64,000 bases of DNA. Origin: an uncultured delta proteobacterium (GTDB lineage: Bacteria > Desulfobacterota > Binatia > Binatales > Binataceae). Position numbers and translations under genes: made by a program. The notes under the pieces are model-generated. The model did not search any database, was not told where the DNA came from, and saw only the letters and a program-made list of their open reading frames with translations. The stretch's first letter is position 1; the number at the start of each line of letters is the position of its first letter. Of this stretch, positions 30,914 to 40,630 are shown piece after piece. The DNA is taken from assembly GCA_963842085.1 (NCBI GenBank), contig CAWJET010000001.1, positions 2,592,001 to 2,656,000 on the forward strand, given 5' to 3'.

Positions 30914-32737
30914 TCATTGAAGGCGCCGCTGGAAGGCGTCCTGTAGCGCAGGCAGGATCGTTTGCCAATCGGCGACCAGCCCGATGTTCGCACGCTCGAA
31001 GATCAGCGCGTCGGCGTCGTTGTTGATCGCGACGACGGTCTGCGCGCGCTTGAGACCGCACGTGTGATTAGGCGCGCCGCGCACCCCAATCGCGATATAC
31101 AAGCGCGGATCGATCGATTTGCCGGTCAGCCCGACCTGCAACTGCCGCGGCACCCATCCCAGGTCCGTCACCCGGCGTGTCGCACACATCGCGGCGCCGA
31201 GCACTCGCGCGAACGCCGCGACTCTCGCGACTCCGTCAGGGCCGCCGACGCCAGTGCCGACGCCGACGACGACTTCAGCGCCTTCGAGCGGTGTAATGGT
31301 GGGGTCGAGAGTCGAGTGCGCCTTTATGAGCCGGCTTTTCGGCGCGCTCACCTCGACGCGCGCGATCTGGATCTCAGCTTGCTTCACTGCCGATGGCGCC
31401 GCGAGTTCGAGCACACCCGGCCGCACCGTCGCCATCTGCGGAAAAGTTTTCGAGTAAATCGGCGCGACGATGTTGCCGCCGAAAGCCGGCTTGAGCGCAA
31501 CCATCCGATTCTCCGCGTCGAGCTCGATCTCGATCGCATCGCCCGTGAGCCCCAGGCCAAGCCGCGCCGCCAGCCGCGGTCCCCAGTCGCGCCCACGCTC
31601 GGTCGCACCGAGCAAAATTCCCCACGGCGTGTGAATCGAAACGAGCTGCGCAACAGCCTCGGCGGCCGTCTCGGGCGTGTACGAAAGCAGGGCCGGATGC
31701 TCGATCGTCAGCACCTGGTCGGCGCCGAAACTCGCCAGCAGTCCAGCGTGACGCGCGATGGCGCCGTCAAATCCCACTGCGACCATCGCGCCGCCGAGTC
31801 GCGACGCTAGCTCGTCGCCGCGCGAAAGCAGCTCGAGTGTGCCGCGCGTGATGCGGCCCTCAAGAGCCGTCTCGCACACGATCCATATGTCGCGACCGCG
31901 CTTGCCCACGCGTCGCACCGCACCGATCGGGCGACGATTGTGTACGCGCGGGTTGAGCGCGCCGAGCGTCTCGAGCGCCGACATCGTCTCGGCGGCGGCG
32001 CGCTCCGCGTCGGTCGCGTCGATAAATTTGCATTGAGTCTTCGGCGTCGCGACAACGCGAACCTCCTGCACCCACGTCGGCGAGCCCGCGAGTCCGAATT
32101 CTTTCGCATCGGGACTGAGTTCCGCCGCGCGCAAGGATTGGATCGGCTTGGTCTGCGCTTCGTCGGAAGCGCCCGGCTTGACCTTGACGGGCTGCGCGAT
32201 GCGCTCGGCGCAAGTGATCACCGCGGGCATCTGCGCCTCGACTTCATCGAATCCTTCGTCGCTCTCCCGCTCGGCGCGGAGCGTGCGGCCGTCGATGTCC
32301 AGCTTGCGCGCGCCGGTTATCTGCGCGGCGCCGATCAATTCCGCGATTTCGGGGCCGACCTGCCCCGTCTCCGCGTCGAGGGAGTACTTGCCCAGCAAGA
32401 TGAGATCGAAGTTTCCGCGCGCCAGCCAAATTGCGAGCGCACGCGCGGTCGCGAGCGTATCCGCTCCCGCGAACGCACGATCTTCCAGGTGGGTCGCGCG
32501 GTCCATTCCCATCGCGAGCGCATCCACCAGCACGCCGCGCGCCTGCGGCGGTCCCATCGTGACCACGGTAGTCTCGGCGCCGTGGCGATTTTTCAGCTCG
32601 ACGGCGAGCGAGATCGCGCGCAGGTCGAATGCGCTGATCACGTTGGGGCCGTCGCGCTTGATCGTTCTGGTCGCGGCGTCGAAGTTGGCTTCCTCGATCA
32701 GCGGTATCTGCTTGATGCAAACGGCAATCTTGAGCAC
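30914..32737 (-). CDS. Fused electron transfer flavoprotein (beta + alpha subunits)
   Basis: EtfB motifs KIAVCIKQIP, MGPPQA, GADTLATA, DAETGQVG, followed in frame by EtfA motifs KPAFGG, TVRPG, QVGLTGK, AINNDADALIF. GTG start with GAGGAG RBS. Confidence 0.9.
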   Translation of the reverse strand: MLKIAVCIKQIPLIEEANFDAATRTIKRDGPNVISAFDLRAISLAVELKNRHGAETTVVTMGPPQARGVLVDALAMGMDRATHLEDRAFAGADTLATARALAIWLARGNFDLILLGKYSLDAETGQVGPEIAELIGAAQITGARKLDIDGRTLRAERESDEGFDEVEAQMPAVITCAERIAQPVKVKPGASDEAQTKPIQSLRAAELSPDAKEFGLAGSPTWVQEVRVVATPKTQCKFIDATDAERAAAETMSALETLGALNPRVHNRRPIGAVRRVGKRGRDIWIVCETALEGRITRGTLELLSRGDELASRLGGAMVAVGFDGAIARHAGLLASFGADQVLTIEHPALLSYTPETAAEAVAQLVSIHTPWGILLGATERGRDWGPRLAARLGLGLTGDAIEIELDAENRMVALKPAFGGNIVAPIYSKTFPQMATVRPGVLELAAPSAVKQAEIQIARVEVSAPKSRLIKAHSTLDPTITPLEGAEVVVGVGTGVGGPDGVARVAAFARVLGAAMCATRRVTDLGWVPRQLQVGLTGKSIDPRLYIAIGVRGAPNHTCGLKRAQTVVAINNDADALIFERANIGLVADWQTILPALQDAFQRRLQ

Positions 32738-32842
32738 TGCGAGACTCCTCGTCCCGACGAGGCTAGTTGAGCGCGTCACGGGGATGCAACAAAGCGCGAG
32801 CGTGCGCTTACGGGCGCCGGTGCGATCAGGTAGTTTCGCGAT

Positions 32843-33712
32843 GTGGGCTCGTATCGACTCGCGGCCGCCGCCGCGCTCTGCGTGTATGCAATCGCGCTCG
32901 CTGCGCCGGCGGGTGCCGCTGCTCCGATGCGAATCGTATCGCTGGCGCCGAGTGTGACGGAGACCCTGTTTGCGCTCGGCGCGGGGCGCGAGGTCGTCGG
33001 CGTTTCACAGTATTGCGACTACCCGCCGCAAGCGCGCGCGCTGCCGCGAGTTGGTACCTTTCTCACGCCGAATCTCGAGGCGATCATCGCACTCCGGCCC
33101 ACGCTGGTGGTCGGGCTTGAACTCTCATCGGACGTGCGCCAGATTCGCGCGTTGAATTCGATGGGCTATCCGGTGCTGCTGGTCAGCGACGACTCTTTGC
33201 AACAAATCGAAACCAGTATCGAGACGGTCGGCGCGCGCATCGATCGCCAGGATGAGGCGCATCGGCTCGTCGCGCACATTCGGATGGAGATCGCCGCCGT
33301 TCGGGAACGCCTCGCAAACGTCAAGCCCGAGCGTGCGCTGATGCTGGTCGGTCATCAGCCGATCGTCGCGGTGGGCGCCGGCACTTATCTCGACGAGCTC
33401 ATGCGGCTCGCGCGCGCCGACAATATCGTCAGGGACGCCGGCGAGCAGTGGCCGCATCTGAGCATGGAGTTCATCATCGCGATGCGTCCCCAGGTTATCC
33501 TGGACGGTTCGATGGGTACCGATCCCTCGGCGTCGGACGATTTCTGGAAAGGGTATCCGCAGATTCCGGCGGTGCGCGACCATCGCGTGCTCGGCTATCC
33601 GCAGGATCTCATTCTCCATTCCGGCCCGCGCGTGGGGCAGTCGCTCGAGCTGATCGCGCGCATGATTCATCCCGAGGCATGGCCACGCGCCGCCGCCGGT
33701 GCCGGTAAGTGA
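32843..33712 (+). CDS. ABC transporter substrate-binding protein, BtuF/TroA-like (cobalamin or iron-chelate)
   Basis: Signal peptide, RIVSLAPSVTETLFALG, YCDYPP, HSGPR. Confidence 0.88.
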   Translation: MGSYRLAAAAALCVYAIALAAPAGAAAPMRIVSLAPSVTETLFALGAGREVVGVSQYCDYPPQARALPRVGTFLTPNLEAIIALRPTLVVGLELSSDVRQIRALNSMGYPVLLVSDDSLQQIETSIETVGARIDRQDEAHRLVAHIRMEIAAVRERLANVKPERALMLVGHQPIVAVGAGTYLDELMRLARADNIVRDAGEQWPHLSMEFIIAMRPQVILDGSMGTDPSASDDFWKGYPQIPAVRDHRVLGYPQDLILHSGPRVGQSLELIARMIHPEAWPRAAAGAGK

Positions 33713-34746
33713 ACGCGCCGGCGCGCAATCCGGTGGCGGCGGCGCACCTGACGCGCACCCGCTTGCTCTCGATACTGGCCGCGCTCGCAATTCTGCTGGT
33801 CGTTTGCGCGCTCGCCGGCGCGTTGTTTGGCAGCGCGCATATCAGCCTCACGCGCGCGTTTTCCGATCCCGACAGTCCCGATCACGCAATTTTCTTCGCC
33901 GCCCGTCTGCCGCGCGTCCTGATGGGTGTGATCGTTGGTGCGATACTGGCAGCGGTCGGAACGGCTCTGCAAGCGCTCGTGCGCAACCCGTTGGCCGAGG
34001 GCGGCATCCTCGGGATCTCCGGCGGCGGCGCGCTCGGCGCGATCCTCGCGCTCGTAATGTCCGCGAAACTCGGCGGCGGCGAGGCGGCCGTCCCGCTCTG
34101 CGCATTCGGCGCGGCGCTGCTCTCGACCGTCGCGGTTTACCGGCTCGCGATGGTTGACGGCCAGCTCGAGCCGTTCACGCTGCTGCTGGTCGGCGTGATC
34201 TTCAACGCGTTCTGGGGCGCGGCCATCATGCTCGTGAATAGTGTCGTCAACTTCTACTACGCGCACAGCATCCTGTTCTGGCTGATGGGCAGCCTCGAGG
34301 CGCCGACCTACGGCGAAGTTGCGATGGTCGCGATTTTGGGACTGGCGGGATTCGCAGTCCTGATGTATCGCGCGCGCGACCTCAACCTGCTGAGCCTCGG
34401 CGACGAGTCGGCGGCCGAACTTGGCGTCGACGTGGACCGCCTTCGGCGCATCATCTTCGTCGCGACTTCGGTCATGATCGGCGCCGCGGTCTCCGTCAGC
34501 GGAATCATTTCGTTCGTCGGACTAATCGTTCCGCATACCTTGCGCCTGGTGTTCGGCGCCGATCATCGGCTCCTGCTGCCCGCGTCGCTGATCGGCGGCG
34601 CCTCGTTCATGGTCGCAGCGGACTTGCTCGCGCGGGTCGCGATCGCGCCGGCCGAGATTCCCGTCGGCGCGATCACCGCGCTATGCGGCGGCCCGTTCTT
34701 CATCTACATGCTGCGCCGCGAAGGCCGGAGACCGCTTTCGCTATGA
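33709..34746 (+). CDS. ABC transporter permease, BtuC/FecCD family
   Basis: RLPRV, QALVRNPLA, LGDESAAELGV, FVGLIVPH, IPVGAITA. Confidence 0.92.
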   Translation: MNAPARNPVAAAHLTRTRLLSILAALAILLVVCALAGALFGSAHISLTRAFSDPDSPDHAIFFAARLPRVLMGVIVGAILAAVGTALQALVRNPLAEGGILGISGGGALGAILALVMSAKLGGGEAAVPLCAFGAALLSTVAVYRLAMVDGQLEPFTLLLVGVIFNAFWGAAIMLVNSVVNFYYAHSILFWLMGSLEAPTYGEVAMVAILGLAGFAVLMYRARDLNLLSLGDESAAELGVDVDRLRRIIFVATSVMIGAAVSVSGIISFVGLIVPHTLRLVFGADHRLLLPASLIGGASFMVAADLLARVAIAPAEIPVGAITALCGGPFFIYMLRREGRRPLSL

Positions 34747-35561
34747 CGACACAATCGCGCGACACCGAGGCCGCCATGCGTGCGACCGCGATTCATGCCG
34801 GATATCCCGGGGTGCCCGTCCTGCACGGCGTCTCGATCGAAGTGGCGGCCGGCGAAATGCTTGCGATCGTGGGGCCCAACGGCGCCGGCAAGTCCACGTT
34901 GCTCAAGGTCATGGGCGGCTCGATTAAGCCGGGCGCGGGCAGCGTCGAACTGTTCGGCCGTTCGCTCGATTCGATCGATCGCCGCGAGTTCGCGCGAACT
35001 GTTGCATCCGTCGGCCAGGAAAACGCGGTCGCGTTCCGCTTCACGGTCCTTGAGATCGTGCTGATGGGACGCGCGCCGCATCTCGGCGCCTTCCGCTTCG
35101 AGAGTCCGCACGACCTGGAGATCGCGTCCGCTGCGCTTGCTCGCTTCGACCTGCTCGATCTCGCAGCCCGCCACGTGCAGGAGCTGTCTGGTGGCGAGCG
35201 CAAGCGCGTGTTCCTGGCCCGCGCGCTGGCACAGGAACCGAAGATTGCGCTGCTCGACGAGCCGACCGCGTTCCTCGACCTTAAGCACGTCGCCGAAATT
35301 TTCACGCGCTTTCGCGAGCTGTGCACCGAGCGCGGCATGGCCGTAATTGCGACGCTCCACGATCTCAATGCCGCCGCGCTTTATGCCGATCGCGTGTTGC
35401 TGCTCGCCGACGGCGCCGCGGTCGCGTATGGAACTCCCGCCGAAGTTCTGACCGTCGAGAATCTGCGCCGCGTTTACGAGACCGACGTGTACGTCGGCCG
35501 CAATCCCTCGACCGGTGCGCTGATAATTCTGCCCGCGGCACTTCCCAATGTTCGCGCCTAG
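34743..35561 (+). CDS. ABC transporter ATP-binding protein (BtuD/HmuV/FepC-like)
   Basis: GPNGAGKS, LSGGE, LLDEPT, HDLN. ATGA overlap with the permease. Confidence 0.92.
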   Translation: MTTQSRDTEAAMRATAIHAGYPGVPVLHGVSIEVAAGEMLAIVGPNGAGKSTLLKVMGGSIKPGAGSVELFGRSLDSIDRREFARTVASVGQENAVAFRFTVLEIVLMGRAPHLGAFRFESPHDLEIASAALARFDLLDLAARHVQELSGGERKRVFLARALAQEPKIALLDEPTAFLDLKHVAEIFTRFRELCTERGMAVIATLHDLNAAALYADRVLLLADGAAVAYGTPAEVLTVENLRRVYETDVYVGRNPSTGALIILPAALPNVRA

Positions 35562-35585
35562 CCGCGCGATGCTAGTGTGCCTGAT

Positions 35586-35609
35586 TACGGCGTTGTACGG
35601 ACGCCGTAC
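35586..35609. promoter_or_regulatory. Nested inverted repeats upstream of the TA operon (autoregulatory operator candidate)
   Basis: TACGGCGT-N7-ACGCCGTA (35586-35608) overlapping GTACGG-N3-CCGTAC (35595-35609). Confidence 0.6.
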
Positions 35610-35657
35610 GTGCGCTAGATTCCAAGACCCCAACTAGGAGAAGAATGAGGCCGAGCG

Positions 35658-35930
35658 ATGGCAACCGCAGCTACTCGAAGCGATCGGATCGAACTACGCG
35701 CTACCCGCGAGGAAAAGCAGCTCATTTCTGAGGCAGCGGCGTGTGAGCAGCTCGACATCACGCGGTTCATTATGCGCAACGTCCTTCCGGTGGCGCGCGC
35801 CGTAGTGGAGCGATCCGAGCGCATCGTGCTTTCGGAGCGTGATTCGAAGCGCGTGCTCCAATTGTTGAAGAAACCACCGAAGCCCACGGCAGCGCTGATC
35901 GCCGCAGCCAGGCGGCTGGCGAAAGCGTGA
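35658..35930 (+). CDS. DUF1778 RHH antitoxin (TacA/AtaR/KacA-like)
   Basis: RIELRATREEKQLISEAAA and IVLSERDSKRVLQLLKKPPKP. GTGA overlap with the GNAT gene. Confidence 0.9.
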   Translation: MATAATRSDRIELRATREEKQLISEAAACEQLDITRFIMRNVLPVARAVVERSERIVLSERDSKRVLQLLKKPPKPTAALIAAARRLAKA

Positions 35931-36451
35931 GCGGTAGAATCGTCTGGCGTGAGCAAGCAATCAGCCGCCGCCACGATCGCAGGAATTTCGATTGTGGCTC
36001 TCAGGAACTCAACGAGTATCTACGCCGCTACGCGCGGCAAAATCACGAATCCGGCGGCGCCAAGACTTTTGTGGCGGTGTCACCGGACGACGCTGTCCGC
36101 ATCCTTGGCTATTACACGATCAGTCCGGGCGCAATTGAATTTGCGAAGATGCCCGCCGCGATAACTCGACGACTCGGCCGGTACGAAGTGCCTGTGTTCC
36201 GTCTCGCGCGGCTAGCCGTAAACCTAACGAGTCAGGGCGGCGGACTAGGCGGCGAGATCTTGCTCGCTGCCGGCAGGCGCGCGCTCTCGGTCGCTGTCGA
36301 GGTGGGCGGGGTGGCGCTTGCAATTGACGCGAAGAGCGAACGCGCGGCCGAGTGGTACGAGCGCTTCGGTGCAGTGCGGCTGCTCGATGATCCTCTGAAA
36401 CTAGTCCTGCCATTGAAGACGATCGCTGATGCGCTCGCTTCTGCGCGGTAG
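35927..36451 (+). CDS. GNAT acetyltransferase toxin (TacT/AtaT-like)
   Basis: HDRRNFDCGSQELNEYL, LARLAV..QGGGLG, DAKSERAAEWYERFG. Confidence 0.9.
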   Translation: MSGRIVWREQAISRRHDRRNFDCGSQELNEYLRRYARQNHESGGAKTFVAVSPDDAVRILGYYTISPGAIEFAKMPAAITRRLGRYEVPVFRLARLAVNLTSQGGGLGGEILLAAGRRALSVAVEVGGVALAIDAKSERAAEWYERFGAVRLLDDPLKLVLPLKTIADALASAR

Positions 36452-36497
36452 CGGCTATTCCATCATAGAAACGGTCCCAAATCCGCCCGGATCATCC

Positions 36498-36521
36498 CTG
36501 GGTGCAGGGGTCATCCCTGCC
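36498..36521 (+). repeat. Short hairpin repeat CTGGGTGCAGGGGTCATCCCTGCC (second copy at 63202-63224)
   Basis: Near-identical to 63202-63224 (one indel, one mismatch), with a GCAGGG/CCCTGC stem. Confidence 0.6.
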
Positions 36522-36562
36522 CCGATTGCCTGCCTCGGCGCGCGCCGGTACTCTGTACACGG

Positions 36563-37267
36563 ATGTCTTCTTCTTCGACTGAGTCTTTGAATCTCGTCTT
36601 CGACGCCGACGACACGCTCTGGGATTCCAATATCCATTTTCTCGAGGCGTTTGATTTCTTCGCTGCGGCCGTCGGCGACGCCGCCCTCGGCATCTCGCGC
36701 GACGAGATTCACGCCGCCGTGCGCCGCGCCGAACTCCGGCTGATCAAAACACACGGCTACGGCCGCCGGCCGTACGTGATTGCGCTGCATCAGGCGGCTG
36801 CTGACCTGGCGCCCGCAGGTCACGACGGCTTGCGCGAGGAGATCGAGCGAATCGGTGCGCATCTGCTCGAGCGCGACTGCGCGCTGCTGCCCGACGTCGA
36901 GCCGACCCTGCACGAGCTTTCGCAGCGTCACCGGCTCCTGATCTTCACCAAGGGCCAGCGCGACGAACAGTTGCAAAAGCTCGCGCGTTCCGGACTCGGG
37001 CCACTGTTCGATCGTGTCGAGACGCCCCGCGAGAAGGACGTCGACGCCTATCGACGCCTGGTGCGCGACGCCGACCTCGATCCGTCGCTGACTTTCATGA
37101 TCGGGAACAGTCCGCGCTCGGACATCAATCCGGCCGTTGCCGCCGGTTTGCGCGCCGTTTTCATTCCGCATCCGCACACCTGGGAACTCGAGCACGAGGA
37201 AATCAATCAAGCCGGCGACCGGATTATCGAACTGACCTCCTTTCGCCGCCTGGTCGAAGTATTCTAG
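36563..37267 (+). CDS. HAD-superfamily hydrolase
   Basis: Motif I FDADDTLW, TKG, EK, MIGNSPRSDINP. Confidence 0.9.
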   Translation: MSSSSTESLNLVFDADDTLWDSNIHFLEAFDFFAAAVGDAALGISRDEIHAAVRRAELRLIKTHGYGRRPYVIALHQAAADLAPAGHDGLREEIERIGAHLLERDCALLPDVEPTLHELSQRHRLLIFTKGQRDEQLQKLARSGLGPLFDRVETPREKDVDAYRRLVRDADLDPSLTFMIGNSPRSDINPAVAAGLRAVFIPHPHTWELEHEEINQAGDRIIELTSFRRLVEVF

Positions 37268-37280
37268 TATCCATATTCCG

Positions 37281-38273
37281 ATGCCCACTGCCGAATTAAT
37301 CGACGACTTGCCGCCGAGCAAGCCGCATGCTGCCGCCGCCGGCCGCGCCACGACCAAGCCTCCTCCCTTGGCGCTGCGCCCGCTGCATCGGATGTGGCGG
37401 CACACGATCGACGACATTCACGTGACCGAAGTCGATCTGCCGGTGCGCGGATTGCCCGATGCTTTGCGCGGACTCGTCGCCTGCCAGATAAGCGACTTCC
37501 ACGTCGATCGCGACGAGGATCTCGAACGCCTGGGGTTCGCCGTCGAAGCCATCAACCAACAGTCTCCCGACCTCGTCTTTCTTACCGGCGATTACTTTTC
37601 CGGCCCCGACACGATGCATCGTTATCTCGGCGCGTTTCGCGACGCGTTGAAAAACCTGCGCCCGCACGCTGGCCTGTTCGCGATCCTGGGTAATCACGAT
37701 CACTGGTCGTCGGCCGAGCGGATCACCGATTCGCTCAAGCGTGCCGGCGCCGACGTGCTCGCCAACGACAGCCGCCGCGTCATCGTTCGCAACGAGCAGC
37801 TCGTGGTCGTCGGCATTGACGATCTGTGGTCGCGCCGCGCCGAGCCTGCGCGCGCATTTGGCGACGTCAATCGCGACGACTGCACGATCGTCCTCGCGCA
37901 CAACCCCGACACTGCGCTCTACACGCGCCATCTGAAGCCGGGCGTGATGCTCTCCGGCCACACGCACGGCGGCGTCGTGCGAATTCCGTTTTACGGTTCG
38001 CCGCTCAAATCGATCCTGCGCATCGGCAAGGAATTTTACTCGGGCCTGAATCGTTACGAGGATTTTTACATCTATACCAATCGCGGCCTGGGCACGTTCT
38101 GGCTCCGCATCCGCATCAACTGCCCGCCCGAAGTCTCGCGCTTCTCGCTGACCCCGCTAATCGAAGCAGCTCCCGCCGAGAAACCAACTGCGAAACTGCA
38201 TCCGTTGAAGCGCGTCCGCCGGCGCCGCACCCAGCGTCCCGTCACTCATCGAACGCATCGCAAGCAACGCTAG
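37281..38273 (+). CDS. Calcineurin-like metallophosphoesterase (YkuE-like)
   Basis: SDFH, TGDY, GNHD, AHNPD, SGHTHGG, NRGLG. Confidence 0.9.
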   Translation: MPTAELIDDLPPSKPHAAAAGRATTKPPPLALRPLHRMWRHTIDDIHVTEVDLPVRGLPDALRGLVACQISDFHVDRDEDLERLGFAVEAINQQSPDLVFLTGDYFSGPDTMHRYLGAFRDALKNLRPHAGLFAILGNHDHWSSAERITDSLKRAGADVLANDSRRVIVRNEQLVVVGIDDLWSRRAEPARAFGDVNRDDCTIVLAHNPDTALYTRHLKPGVMLSGHTHGGVVRIPFYGSPLKSILRIGKEFYSGLNRYEDFYIYTNRGLGTFWLRIRINCPPEVSRFSLTPLIEAAPAEKPTAKLHPLKRVRRRRTQRPVTHRTHRKQR

Positions 38274-38288
38274 TCCCGGGCCGCGACG

Positions 38289-39671
38289 GTGCTCGATCTC
38301 GCGATTGTCGGCGCAACCGTAGTAACGCCCTTCGGCGTGGCGCCCGCCGACGTTGGCGTGGTCGCCGGGAAGATCGCGCACGTCGCACCGCCGGCGGCGC
38401 TCCAATCAGCCCATCGCACCATCGACGCGCGCGGGATGCTCCTCATTCCGGGCGCCGTCGATCCGCATACGCATCTCGACGCCGAGATGTTCTCGATGCA
38501 CACCATCGACGACTTCGAGTCGGGCACCGCTGCCGCGGCCGCCGGCGGCGTTACGACCATCGTCGACTACGCATTCCAGGCGCAAGGCGGCTCGCTCGCC
38601 GACGCGATCAAAAAATGGAGCGCCAAGGCGCACGGTCGCGCGATTATCGACTACGGCTTCCACGTTGCGATTCTCGATCCGTCGCCCGAGGCGATCGCTG
38701 AAATTCCGCGCGTCGTCGATCGCGGCGTCACCAGCTTCAAGATCTTCATGATGCAAGGCTTCGAGGCCCGCGCGCGCGACTACTTGCGCGCGTTCGAGGT
38801 GGCAGGTGACAGCGGCGCGTTGTTGGCGATTCACGCCGAGGACGAGCACCTGATTGGATTCTGCACCGAACGTCTGCTCGCCGCCGGCAAGCATGACGTG
38901 ACGCACTTCGCCGCCAGCCGCCCCCCGCTGTCCGAGGCTGCCGCGGTCCGCCGCGCGCTCGCGATGACCGAGTTGTCCGCCGCCCCCGCCTACTTCGTGC
39001 ACTTGTCGAGCCGCGATGCGGTCGACGAAGTGCGCTGCGCGCGGGCCCGCGGTCGCACGGTGCTCGCCGAGACCCGGCCCATCTACCTGTATCTGACGGA
39101 AGAGCGGTTCCTCGAACCCAACGGCGCGAGATACGTGGGCTATCCTCCGCTGCGCAGCGCCGAACATCGCGACGCCCTTTGGCAGGCGCTCGCGGACGGT
39201 ACCGTGGACGTCGTCGCGACCGATCATTGCAGTTGGACTCTCGAGCGCAAAATTTCCGCCGATCGCTTCACCCGGATGCCGCCCGGGATGTCCAATCTCG
39301 AAACCCTCGTGCCGATGCTCTATTCCGAGGGCGTCGCGACGGGCCGCATCTCGATTTCGCGATGGGTCGATCTGACGGCGACCAACGCCGCGAAAATTTT
39401 CGGCATATATCCGCGCAAGGGCGCGATCGTCGAAGGCGCCGACGCTGACCTCGTGGTCTTCGATCCCCATCGCAGAGTCGTGATCAGCAGCCGCGAGATG
39501 CACTCGCGCTCCGACTACGACCCGTTCGAGGGATTTGAAGTCACCGGCTGGCCGAAGATGACAATCTCGCGCGGTGCGCCAATCGTCACCGATCGCAAGG
39601 TCGATGCGCCCGCCGGACGCGGCGAGTTCATCGCGCGCGAGCGGTTCTTCCCCGGCTGGCGAAGCCGATAG
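38289..39671 (+). CDS. hydA: Dihydropyrimidinase / D-hydantoinase
   Basis: PGAVDPHTH, GGVTTIVDY, SFKIFM, HAED, VHLS, ATDHC, KG-I-GADAD. Confidence 0.88.
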   Translation: MLDLAIVGATVVTPFGVAPADVGVVAGKIAHVAPPAALQSAHRTIDARGMLLIPGAVDPHTHLDAEMFSMHTIDDFESGTAAAAAGGVTTIVDYAFQAQGGSLADAIKKWSAKAHGRAIIDYGFHVAILDPSPEAIAEIPRVVDRGVTSFKIFMMQGFEARARDYLRAFEVAGDSGALLAIHAEDEHLIGFCTERLLAAGKHDVTHFAASRPPLSEAAAVRRALAMTELSAAPAYFVHLSSRDAVDEVRCARARGRTVLAETRPIYLYLTEERFLEPNGARYVGYPPLRSAEHRDALWQALADGTVDVVATDHCSWTLERKISADRFTRMPPGMSNLETLVPMLYSEGVATGRISISRWVDLTATNAAKIFGIYPRKGAIVEGADADLVVFDPHRRVVISSREMHSRSDYDPFEGFEVTGWPKMTISRGAPIVTDRKVDAPAGRGEFIARERFFPGWRSR

Positions 39672-39703
39672 CCTCGGCGCGGATTCAAGCTCAGAATCAA
39701 TCG

Positions 39704-40618
39704 ATGGACGCAAAAATCGTCGCTCTCGCGGGCGGCTCCGGATTCATCGGTCGCGCGATCGCGCGGCGCCTGCTCGCTTCCGGTGCAACCAGGGTGCGCG
39801 TGCTCACGCGAAATCCCGACAAGGCGCGCGCGCAGCTCGACTTGCCCGGCATCGAGTTCGTTCTCGCCGATATCGGACAGCCAGCATCGCTTGCGGATGC
39901 GCTCCGGGGCGCAAGCACGATTGTCGATGCGATCCAGTTCGACGGTTATCCCGTCGAAAATCCGCGCCGCGGCCTCACCTTCGAGCGAGTCGACTACGGC
40001 GGTGCCGTCGCGCTAATCGACGCCGCGAAGCAGGCCGGCGTGCAGCACTTCATCTACATAAGCGGCGCTGCCGCCGACGAAAACAGCGCCCATCCCGGCT
40101 TTCGCGCCAAGGGCCGCGCCGAGCGCGCGCTGCGCGAGGCGGGATTGACATACACGATCTTCCGCCCGTCGCTGGTGTACGGGCCCGAGGACAAAGTCGT
40201 GAACGGACTCGCCCGCGCGCTCCGTTTCGCGCCGGTCTTCGGCGTGCCCGGCACGGGCCGGCAGAAAGTTCAGCCAGTGCTGGTCGACGATCTCGCCGCC
40301 TGCGTCATGCTCGCGGTGTCGGGGCGCGGCCGCAACGGCACTTACGAAATCGGCGGACCCGACCTGATGACGTTCGACGAAATGATGCGGATCATCATGG
40401 ATGCGAGCGGACGCCGCCGCACGCTGTTTCATATTCCGGAAGGCGTCATGCGCGCTGTCGGCGGCCTGCTCGAAAAGCTGCCGAAGCCCCTCCTGTCGCG
40501 TGACGCGGTCACGTTTGTCACGGCTGACAACGCGTGCAACATCAAGCCGCTGCTCGATGAGTTCGGAATAAATCTCACGCCGGCCCGCGTCGGGATGGCG
40601 TATCTCGCGAAAAAATAG
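39704..40618 (+). CDS. NAD(P)-binding atypical SDR (NDUFA9-like)
   Basis: GGSGFIG, AKGRAE, FRPSLVYG, QPVLVDDLA, YEIGGPD. Confidence 0.85.
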   Translation: MDAKIVALAGGSGFIGRAIARRLLASGATRVRVLTRNPDKARAQLDLPGIEFVLADIGQPASLADALRGASTIVDAIQFDGYPVENPRRGLTFERVDYGGAVALIDAAKQAGVQHFIYISGAAADENSAHPGFRAKGRAERALREAGLTYTIFRPSLVYGPEDKVVNGLARALRFAPVFGVPGTGRQKVQPVLVDDLAACVMLAVSGRGRNGTYEIGGPDLMTFDEMMRIIMDASGRRRTLFHIPEGVMRAVGGLLEKLPKPLLSRDAVTFVTADNACNIKPLLDEFGINLTPARVGMAYLAKK

Positions 40619-40630
40619 CTTTCGTTGCCG

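Noticed and set aside
32740-32842. Cobalamin riboswitch upstream of the Btu-like operon
   Set aside because: The intergenic space is only about 100 nt, shared with the divergent ETF gene, and no B12-box was recognised.
38406-39713. Long antisense ORFs (also 7074-8045, 23627-24889, 42849-44348, 56360-57811 and others)
   Set aside because: Shadow ORFs opposite well-supported genes, expected in high-GC DNA, with no protein motifs.
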